Origin: Patescibacteria group bacterium
GTDB lineage: Bacteria; Patescibacteriota; Minisyncoccia; Phycocordibacterales; UBA9973
Direction: 5' to 3'
Length of the DNA stretch: 55,743 nucleotides
NCBI GenBank assembly: GCA_040384365.1
Contig: JAZKJK010000017.1
Location: forward strand, 1 to 55,743
The translations under genes and the position numbers were made by a program. The notes under the pieces are model-generated. The model was given only the letters and a program-made list of their open reading frames with translations, did no database searches and was not told the DNA's origin. Shown here piece by piece: positions 24,701 through 31,900 of the stretch; the stretch's first letter is position 1; each line of letters opens with the position of its first letter.

Positions 24701-27007
24701 ATGCCAAAAAATATACACAGTCAAACTTATAGAGTACGGGGAATGCATTGCGCTTCATGCGCCTCAATCATTGAAAGGACTGTGAAAAAAATTGAGGGCG
24801 TTGAAAACATCTCTGTAAACAATGGCACAGAAAATGCCAAGATATCTTTTGATGCGCATACAACTAATCCCCACCATTTTAATAAAAAGCTAGAACCACT
24901 AGGATATTCTCTCGTCGTTCCACACACCGCAGAAGATATGGGTATGAGTGAGGGTGAGCATGCCACACACCTTGGACTGAATCAATCCAAACAAGACAAA
25001 CTTGCTGAAATTAAAGATATGAAAATAAAAGTCATGTCCGCAATTCCGCTAGCTATTTTTAGTGTGTTAGTGATGGGCTGGGAGATTCTCGCAAAATACA
25101 ATATTGTTTCTGAGATGAATTTAACAATAGAAGAATTTTTTCATCACCTTTTACCTTTAATGGCGACATATGTTCTCTTTGTCGTTGGAAAACCATACCT
25201 TCTAGGTTTCTATAGATTTTTGCGTTATGGGAAAGCAAACATGGATACTTTGATTGGTATTGGCACTGTCGCTGCATATCTATACAGTTTTGCGGTGACT
25301 GCATTTGAAGACGTCCTACAACCTTTTATTAATGTTGATGCCACATATTATGATGTAACAATTATTGTTATCACTTTCATAGCCCTTGGTAAATATCTTG
25401 AAGCAAAATCGAAACTAAAGACAGGAGATGCCATTGAAAAGCTCCTCAACCTTCAAGCGAAAACTGCTCTAGTTGTTCGTGATGGAAAAGAAATAGAAAT
25501 ATCGGCAAACGAAGTAAAACATAATGATCTTATTGTCGTAAAGCCAGGGGTAAAGATTCCAGTTGATGGAATAATTACCGACGGCGCATCATTTGTTAAT
25601 GAATCAATGGTCACGGGCGAACCGATGCCCATTCAAAAGAAAATTGGCGACAGCGTGGTTGCGGGCACCATCAACACGAGTGGCGCGTTCACATTCAAAG
25701 CAACAAAGGTTGGGTCAGAGACTTTGCTTGCTCATATGATTAAAATGGTTGAAGAAGCTCAGGGTAGCAAAGCACCTATCCAAGCCCTCGCTGATAAAAT
25801 CTCAAGTGTTTTTGTTCCAGTTGTGCTTGTGATTGCCTTTCTCGCCTTGGGAGCATGGCTTGTACTCGGTTCTAGTGCGCTCGGATTCTCGCAAGCTCTT
25901 TCTTTTGGTCTCGTATCATTTGTCGGTATTTTAGTTATAGCCTGTCCTTGTGCTTTAGGCCTTGCTACTCCAACTGCAATTATCGTAGGAGTTGGCAAAG
26001 GAGCCAAGGAAGGGATTCTCATCAAAGATGCGGCAACTCTCGAAAAGCTTCACAAAGTTGATACAGTTATAGTTGATAAAACAGGAACTATTACTATCGG
26101 GAAGCCGACCCTTGTAGATATCAAAAACTTTTCAAACTTAGATGACAAAAACTTTATATCCGTTCTAGCTTCGTTAGAGAAAAAATCTGAACATCCAATT
26201 GCTCAGGCAATAGTAAACTACGCAGAAGAGAATAACATAAAAATTACCAGTGTTTCTAATTTTGAAAGCATTAAGGGAAAAGGATTAAGGGGATCAATAA
26301 ATAATTCTGAATATTTTGTAGGTAATGTAAATCTTATAGATAGTTTGGGTCTAAACTTTGATGCATCTTTACTTGAAGAGTTTACCTCTCAAGGCAAGAC
26401 ACCAGTTATTCTTGCAACAAAAGAAAAAGTGCTTGGGTTTGTTATGGTAGCCGATGAGATAAAAGCGGAATCAAAAAAAGCAGTGGAGGATCTGCATACT
26501 CTCGGTATTAAAGTTTTGATGCTTACGGGAGACGACGAGAAGGCAGCAAAATACATGGCTTCACTTGTTGGCATTGATGAAGTCGTGGCTCATGTCTTAC
26601 CCCAAGATAAATTAGAGAAAATAAAAGAACTTCAATCGCAGGGTAAGATTGTAGCCATGGCTGGAGATGGGGTGAATGATGCACCCGCTCTGGCGCAGGC
26701 CGATGTGGGTATTGCTATGAGTACTGGAACTGATGTTGCAATTGAATCTGCCGGCATGACTCTTCTTGGTGGAGATATTTCTAAACTTGTTAAAGCAATC
26801 AAACTTTCCAAGATCACCATGCGTGGCATTAAGCAGAATCTTTTCTTCGCGTTTATTTATAATATAATAGGAATTCCCCTAGCTGCCGGTCTGTTCTATC
26901 CATTTTTCGGCTGGCTTCTGTCCCCAGTTTTTGCAGGATTCGCAATGGCCATGTCTTCTGTTTCAGTGGTCGGAAATTCATTAAGAATTAAAGGAAAAAA
27001 ATTATGA
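24701..27007 (+). CDS. copA: copper-translocating P1B-type ATPase
   Basis: N-terminal HMA motif GMHCASCAS, TM CPC motif (ACPCALGLATP), DKTGTIT, and GDGVNDAPALA. Confidence 0.9.
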   Translation: MPKNIHSQTYRVRGMHCASCASIIERTVKKIEGVENISVNNGTENAKISFDAHTTNPHHFNKKLEPLGYSLVVPHTAEDMGMSEGEHATHLGLNQSKQDKLAEIKDMKIKVMSAIPLAIFSVLVMGWEILAKYNIVSEMNLTIEEFFHHLLPLMATYVLFVVGKPYLLGFYRFLRYGKANMDTLIGIGTVAAYLYSFAVTAFEDVLQPFINVDATYYDVTIIVITFIALGKYLEAKSKLKTGDAIEKLLNLQAKTALVVRDGKEIEISANEVKHNDLIVVKPGVKIPVDGIITDGASFVNESMVTGEPMPIQKKIGDSVVAGTINTSGAFTFKATKVGSETLLAHMIKMVEEAQGSKAPIQALADKISSVFVPVVLVIAFLALGAWLVLGSSALGFSQALSFGLVSFVGILVIACPCALGLATPTAIIVGVGKGAKEGILIKDAATLEKLHKVDTVIVDKTGTITIGKPTLVDIKNFSNLDDKNFISVLASLEKKSEHPIAQAIVNYAEENNIKITSVSNFESIKGKGLRGSINNSEYFVGNVNLIDSLGLNFDASLLEEFTSQGKTPVILATKEKVLGFVMVADEIKAESKKAVEDLHTLGIKVLMLTGDDEKAAKYMASLVGIDEVVAHVLPQDKLEKIKELQSQGKIVAMAGDGVNDAPALAQADVGIAMSTGTDVAIESAGMTLLGGDISKLVKAIKLSKITMRGIKQNLFFAFIYNIIGIPLAAGLFYPFFGWLLSPVFAGFAMAMSSVSVVGNSLRIKGKKL

Positions 27008-28011
27008 CTATGAAAACATATACATTTCATGTTTCAGGGACTCACTGTGCATCTTGTAAGATCTTGATCGAAGATGTTTTGAACGAGCAGGATTTTATTA
27101 AGAAGTCAAAAGTTGATTTAAGGAAAGAAATAGTAGAAATTGAAACAGAGAGTGACCAAAATGCTGAAGAAATTGCCGTTATTTTGAATAGTAAAATAAA
27201 GCAAAACGGCTACACCTTATCGGTGGAGAAAAAGATTCAGCAAGAAGACAATGTTATTTGGAAAGCCATACCGATTGGTCTCTTGGTTCTTGGATTATTT
27301 TTTCTCCTACAGAAATCCGGCATCCTCAACCTTGGCTTGGGCGGTGAAACGACCCCGACCACTAGCTTTATCATAGGATTAATAGCTTCTGTTTCTAGTT
27401 GTCTGGCCATAGTAGGTGGTCTAGTGCTGTCACTTTCGGCAAAAATATCTGAAGACGATGTGAGCGACACTAAAACCTTTCTCCTTTTTCATATATCAAG
27501 ATTAATAAGTTTTGCTGTTTTGGGAGGAATGCTTGGATTGATTGGGAACACTATCGGTATTAATTTTACCTTCACGGCTATTCTCGGCCTGATAGCCTCT
27601 GTCGTTATGCTTATCCTCGGCTTAAATTTAGTTGGGGTATTTGCCAAGCATAAAATAGCTCTACCTTCTGGGATCTTTAAGTTATTTAGAAAAGTTGAAC
27701 ACAAAACCTTCACTCCACTTGCGATAGGGTTCGGCACATTTTTTCTGCCGTGCGGATTTACTCAATCGATGCAAGTCGTGGCTGTTTCAAGCGGATCTTT
27801 TATATCTGGCATGCTCATCATGTTTGCATTTGCTCTGGGTACACTTCCCATACTTGCATTTCTTTCTTTTGGATCAGCATCTTTTGCTCATGGACGACAT
27901 GCGTCTCTTTTCTTTAAATCCGCTGGAGTTGTTGTGATAGGTTTTGGTATATTTGCTCTTTTGTCTGGGTTGGTCGGCTTGGGTATTATAAGTCCCTTAT
28001 TCAGTATTTAA
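27004..28011 (+). CDS. HMA-domain fused to a TauE/SafE (DsbD_2-like) membrane domain
   Basis: N-terminal GTHCASCKILIE metal-binding domain followed by about 6 TM segments with an FFLPCGFTQ motif. Confidence 0.65.
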   Translation: MTMKTYTFHVSGTHCASCKILIEDVLNEQDFIKKSKVDLRKEIVEIETESDQNAEEIAVILNSKIKQNGYTLSVEKKIQQEDNVIWKAIPIGLLVLGLFFLLQKSGILNLGLGGETTPTTSFIIGLIASVSSCLAIVGGLVLSLSAKISEDDVSDTKTFLLFHISRLISFAVLGGMLGLIGNTIGINFTFTAILGLIASVVMLILGLNLVGVFAKHKIALPSGIFKLFRKVEHKTFTPLAIGFGTFFLPCGFTQSMQVVAVSSGSFISGMLIMFAFALGTLPILAFLSFGSASFAHGRHASLFFKSAGVVVIGFGIFALLSGLVGLGIISPLFSI

Positions 28012-28028
28012 TTTGATATAATCATTCT

Positions 28029-28418
28029 ATGAACAGAGATTCTCTCATCGTAATATCAATTCTAATCGTTGCCATTTTTGGTTTTATTTTTATCACTGGA
28101 TTCAAGACGGGGGGTGACGCTGTTTCTGTAGAAAATTCCGAAATAAGAGACGGGGTTCAATATATTACTATTAACGCACAAGGTGGATACTCGCCAAGGG
28201 TGACGGAAGCACGAAGTGGTATACCCACAAAATTAATAATGAAAACAAACGGCACGTATGATTGTTCTTTATCGCTCGTAATTAGGTCGATTGGTTTCCA
28301 AAAGATCTTGCCTCAGACGGGAGAGACAGAGATTGACCTCGGAATTCCCAAAGTGGGTGTTCCATTGGAGGGGGTATGTGGGATGGGGATGTATAACTTT
28401 AGGATTAACTTTATTTAA
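28029..28418 (+). CDS. membrane-anchored cupredoxin-like domain protein
   Basis: N-terminal TM. C-terminal ...GTYDCSLSLVI...EGVCGMGMYNFRINF, the pattern seen in cupredoxin_1-type partners of cop operons. Confidence 0.55.
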   Translation: MNRDSLIVISILIVAIFGFIFITGFKTGGDAVSVENSEIRDGVQYITINAQGGYSPRVTEARSGIPTKLIMKTNGTYDCSLSLVIRSIGFQKILPQTGETEIDLGIPKVGVPLEGVCGMGMYNFRINFI

Positions 28419-28453
28419 GAGCACGTTTAAGATAAATTTCGGACAATAATCTG

Positions 28454-28867
28454 TTAGGAGTTATTTTTTTCTTCTGTGTGGGGTCCAAGATGAGTCTCCA
28501 TGTGATCTAGCTTTTTCTCTAGTTTATTCAATGTACTTTGTAGAGTTTTAAGTTGGCCTTCCTCCGTTTCTATTTCTTCTTCCTCTTTCTCAGCTAATTT
28601 CTTCTCGCCCACCAGTCCGGAAATAATAAGTTTTTTTCCGATAAATTCAGAAACGAATACGCCAGTCGCGAGGAGAATGATAGTTCCTATTATGAGAGAT
28701 AAACCACTAGTAATATTTGTGTCATCTGCTAGGTGCCAGATGCCACGCCAAAACAGCACCACGCCGATACCGCCGATGAACGCGTAAAGAACAGGATAAT
28801 GGCTCAATTTGCTCCTGATCTTATCTTCCATTTTATCAAAAAATCTCAGAATCTTTTTTATTAACAT
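28454..28867 (-). CDS. hypothetical membrane protein with an acidic coiled-coil tail
   Basis: 137 aa, 2 TM, then EKEEEEIETEEGQLKTLQSTLNKLEKKL. Confidence 0.55.
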   Translation of the reverse strand: MLIKKILRFFDKMEDKIRSKLSHYPVLYAFIGGIGVVLFWRGIWHLADDTNITSGLSLIIGTIILLATGVFVSEFIGKKLIISGLVGEKKLAEKEEEEIETEEGQLKTLQSTLNKLEKKLDHMETHLGPHTEEKNNS

Positions 28868-28903
28868 GTTGTTTTATTGTACACTAAGTGTAATATTATT
28901 TCC

Positions 28904-29497
28904 ATGAAGCTGAATAACCTTTGGGATGGCCCGCATCTCATTAAAGTTTTAAAAGAAAACGGTGTTGTTGTCATGCCCACTGATACTCTGTATGGCATTG
29001 TCGGGCGCGCCCAGCATGAATCTGTGGTTCATCGTATATATGAGCTACGCAAACGAGCCCCACACAAACCCTGCATCATCCTGATTGGAGATATAAGTGA
29101 ACTTGGCAAGTTTGGAATAGTGCCGACACTAGAGCAGAAAAAAGAAATTGAAAAATATCGATCCGCCTTCGCCAAAGGCTCTGGCGAGACAAGGCCAACG
29201 AGTTTTATCTTAGATTGTCTGGATGAAAAGTTTACGTACCTGCATCGGGGGACCAAAACCTTGGCATTTCGGTTGCCTGCAAACACAGATTTACAAAATT
29301 TGTTAAAAGCCACAGGCCCGCTCATAGCGCCTTCGGCCAATACCGAAGGCCTACCTCCGGCGCAAAATATTCAAGAGGCAAAAAAATATTTTGGAGATTC
29401 AGTCGACCTATATATAGACGCGGGAGAAATAAAAGGCAAAGCGTCAAAAGTAATCAGATTAAATAAGGATGGTTTGGTGGAAGTGCTAAGACCTTAA
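28904..29497 (+). CDS. tsaC: L-threonylcarbamoyladenylate synthase (TsaC/YrdC/Sua5 domain)
   Basis: VVVMPTDTLYGIVGRA and LIAPSAN motifs. Start placed at the internal ATG 28904. Confidence 0.8.
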   Translation: MKLNNLWDGPHLIKVLKENGVVVMPTDTLYGIVGRAQHESVVHRIYELRKRAPHKPCIILIGDISELGKFGIVPTLEQKKEIEKYRSAFAKGSGETRPTSFILDCLDEKFTYLHRGTKTLAFRLPANTDLQNLLKATGPLIAPSANTEGLPPAQNIQEAKKYFGDSVDLYIDAGEIKGKASKVIRLNKDGLVEVLRP

Positions 29498-29603
29498 CAA
29501 ATAGGTGTATAATGACTGAGATATGCAGTCCTTTGAAAACTATGGTGATGTGTGTCACCCTCTAGCTTTTGCATAGGCAACCTTAAAAATAAGGAATTTT
29601 AGT

Positions 29604-30083
29604 ATGAAAATAAAAATCCCAAGTTCTTGGGTTAAGTTTCGTAATATTGAAAAGTTACGAGCAATGTTGGAGGGATTTGCAAGAGGACAATTCCTGATGG
29701 AAACACCAGAGGGATTTGTTTTTCGAGGAGAGATAGAGCGATGCTGGGTCGGGGATGATAGTGTTTTTGTTTCCTTTACCTGGCTATGTGAGCGTCGGTT
29801 TGTTTTTGTCTTTGATGGAGCTTGGGAATTAAGAAAATTAAAACCAAAGTGGTTTCCACTTGAATCTCTAAAAGGACCTCCCTTTTTAGAGTTAAAGCCG
29901 GGAAAGTATTACTATCAAGCAGATGAAGACAGAGTAAAAATAGAAGAAGGAAAAGGTGCCATATGTCACTTTTTCAGAAAAGGAGACTATACTAACCTAG
30001 TAAAATGTGAAGATGAGTTTATCCCTTTTGGCGAACTCCACAAATTGGAGTTTTGTAAAGCGATATCACTATTGAAAATATAA
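29604..30083 (+). CDS. hypothetical protein, 159 aa, immediately upstream of the DGR
   Basis: ORF only. No motif recognised. Confidence 0.5.
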   Translation: MKIKIPSSWVKFRNIEKLRAMLEGFARGQFLMETPEGFVFRGEIERCWVGDDSVFVSFTWLCERRFVFVFDGAWELRKLKPKWFPLESLKGPPFLELKPGKYYYQADEDRVKIEEGKGAICHFFRKGDYTNLVKCEDEFIPFGELHKLEFCKAISLLKI

Positions 30084-30177
30084 CTGTGGGTGCTGTTTCA
30101 TAAACCCTCAAGAAGCTCTGCTTAACCACTTGAATGTGTATGCAGGCTTTTTCGTTTGTACAAAATACCAAAAAATG

Positions 30178-30206
30178 TTGACAAAAGGGTCTGTTGGGTG
30201 TATAAT
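30178..30206 (+). promoter_or_regulatory. perfect-consensus sigma70 promoter upstream of the DGR target gene
   Basis: TTGACA (30178..30183), 17 nt, TATAAT (30201..30206). About 125 nt lie between it and the ATG at 30335. Confidence 0.7.
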
Positions 30207-30334
30207 ATAAAGATATATTGCTCTTTAAAAACGACTGTTCGTCATAGCAGAAAGTGGCTTGATTGATAGGCCATTCTCCGCTGTGGCGAAGAGTCCAGCA
30301 AAAAAACAACAAACAAAGAAAGGATGATAACGGC

Positions 30335-31015
30335 ATGAAACCGATTACATCAGGTCAGCAAGAACAGTGCGTCACTGTCATCAAAGACGCGGCCCGTAAA
30401 GCGGGTGAAGCAGCAATCTCCGAACTCTCAGCGAGTGGAGTCATCAATAGCGAAAACTTCCAACGCGTGCTTGGATGGGGAGACCAACTGGTCCCAGTAT
30501 TCCAAGCCTTCGTGAAGGAGAAAATCGCGGAACTGGCGGAAAATATCGCCGGTTGTCTCAAACTCATCTCGGGGGCAGAAGTTCTCACCCTTGAGCCGAC
30601 GGATGGCAAGGAGACGATTGCGGAAGCGAGCGCTCTGTTCAACGGCTGGATCGACGGCGACTTCAAGGAATACGGTTGCGATGTGGAAAGCAAGCCGACG
30701 GTCGCGCAAAAGGTCGTTGTTCATGAGATGATCAAGAACGGCGACTTCAGCCGAATCTTCGGCGGGCTCTCGGACACCTTGGATGCCCTGTGCCTCACCC
30801 AGCCACAGATCATCCAGTTCGTGAAGAAGCATCGCAAATGGCTTCGCACGGATGGCTATGCCACGTTCTTCCTGTTCAAGGTTGGCGACGAGTTCTTCGT
30901 TGCGCGCGTGTGTGTGCTCTCTGATGGCGTCCTCTTTGCCTTCGTCGACCGCTTCTCGCGCGGCAATGTCTGGTATGCCGAGGATCGGCGTCGTGTCGTA
31001 TCCCCGCAACAGTAA
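30335..31015 (+). CDS. DGR variable (target) protein, 226 aa, with the VR in its last 38 codons
   Basis: ATG 30335 behind AAAGGA. The C-terminus ...FFVARVCVLSDGVLFAFVDRFSRGNVWYAEDRRRVVSPQQ matches the TR except at TR adenines. The track ORF begins at an upstream TTG (30263). Confidence 0.85.
   Translation: MKPITSGQQEQCVTVIKDAARKAGEAAISELSASGVINSENFQRVLGWGDQLVPVFQAFVKEKIAELAENIAGCLKLISGAEVLTLEPTDGKETIAEASALFNGWIDGDFKEYGCDVESKPTVAQKVVVHEMIKNGDFSRIFGGLSDTLDALCLTQPQIIQFVKKHRKWLRTDGYATFFLFKVGDEFFVARVCVLSDGVLFAFVDRFSRGNVWYAEDRRRVVSPQQ
30891..31004 (+). repeat. DGR variable repeat (VR)
   Basis: 114 bp aligned without gaps to 31383..31496. There are 20 mismatches, all at positions where the TR has A. 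Confidence 0.9.
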
Positions 31016-31058
31016 CTTTGTTGCTGTTTGCAAAAAATCAAACCGTTCTAAACATGGG

Positions 31059-31082
31059 AAAACCGTGTGGCGAACGGTTTTT
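31059..31082 (+). terminator. rho-independent terminator after the target gene
   Basis: AAAACCGT-GTGGCGA-ACGGTTTT followed by T. The upstream copy AAACCGTTC (31040..31048) can pair alternatively with GAACGGTTT. Confidence 0.7.
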
Positions 31083-31382
31083 CTATTTATACACTTTGAA
31101 ACTTTTATACTTTGACCCTTAAATTTTTATTTTTGCTATACTGAATTTGTAATCAGGTAATGCTTGTGGCTACGGCTTCACGCCATGATTATTTAAAAAT
31201 GTATTTGAGAATTTTGCTGGGAGATTAATCCTTGTGAAAGAGTGGATTCCTTTTTAATAAAATAAAAAACATAAAAGTTGGTGCGATGGGCTGGTGGGCT
31301 TTTAAGCCTAAAATAAAATACAGCACAATCCCTAGCATTAAATTGCGTTTGGATTGGCAGTGACATAGATGGCTCATCGTAC

Positions 31383-31496
31383 AATTCTTCGTTGCGAACG
31401 TGAATGTGAACTCTGATGGCAACCTCAATGCCAACGTCAACCGCTTCTCGAACGACAATGTCTGGAATGCCGAGAATCGGCATCGTGTCGTATCCC
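31383..31496 (+). repeat. DGR template repeat (TR)
   Basis: Non-coding copy of the VR with 11 AAY codons in the VR-equivalent frame. Same orientation as the target gene and the RT. Confidence 0.9.
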
Positions 31497-31526
31497 GAAA
31501 CTCACTGTTTCTCCTTCGCACTAGAT

Positions 31527-31793
31527 TTATTTAGGCGGAGGAGTTTTCTTTTCTAAGCCTTTTTTCCATCCGCCTAGCATTCTGCCAATTTCTTGCAGAT
31601 GCTCGGAGAGGGAAGAATATTTTTCATTTGAGATGCATTTGTTTTCCCAAGCTATTTGCAGGAAGAATTTTATGCCATCAAGCTTGGAAATTGCTATCAC
31701 CAGACGGGGTATCTTGGTCTCCGGCGGAAGATATATCGAAATAAAAATATTTTCTAAAAGACCCAGAAAATAATCTTCAATCTTTCCACCCAA
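31527..31793 (-). CDS. avd: Avd-like four-helix-bundle protein (accessory variability determinant family), coordinates from the first canonical start
   Basis: ...KLDGIKFFLQIAWENKCISNEKYSSLSEHLQEIGRMLGGWKKGL is typical of the CPR four-helix-bundle/23S-IVS protein family. The frame stays open upstream to 31910 and encodes the expected first helix (LLKAKTCYSLWFKIYNDFPKAHRYTLG), but without ATG, GTG or TTG. Confidence 0.7.
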   Translation of the reverse strand: MGGKIEDYFLGLLENIFISIYLPPETKIPRLVIAISKLDGIKFFLQIAWENKCISNEKYSSLSEHLQEIGRMLGGWKKGLEKKTPPPK

Positions 31794-31883
31794 AGTATAA
31801 CGATGCGCCTTTGGAAAATCATTATAAATTTTAAACCACAGAGAATAGCAGGTCTTTGCTTTCAGAAGCGCCGTCGGCGCTGA

Positions 31884-31894
31884 GGGGGGGGGGG
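31884..31894. repeat. G11 homopolymer between and overlapping the divergent avd and RT 5' ends
   Basis: Counted directly: 11 consecutive G, 6 nt upstream of the RT ATG. On the minus strand it reads as Pro codons in the open avd frame. Confidence 0.9.
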
Positions 31895-31900
31895 TAAAAT

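Noticed and set aside
30428-31033. 201-aa minus-strand ORF (plus 30355..30693, 30852..31115 and 30856..31041) overlapping the DGR target gene.
   Set aside because: GC-rich DNA generates long stop-free antisense frames. The plus-strand frame is the one whose C-terminus matches the TR in frame with AAY codons.
31193-31521. Two minus-strand ORFs (96 and 98 aa) covering the TR region.
   Set aside because: They are antisense to the TR and the upstream non-coding DNA. They have no RBS and no recognisable motifs. The TR/VR relationship explains the sequence conservation.

I treat them as artefacts.
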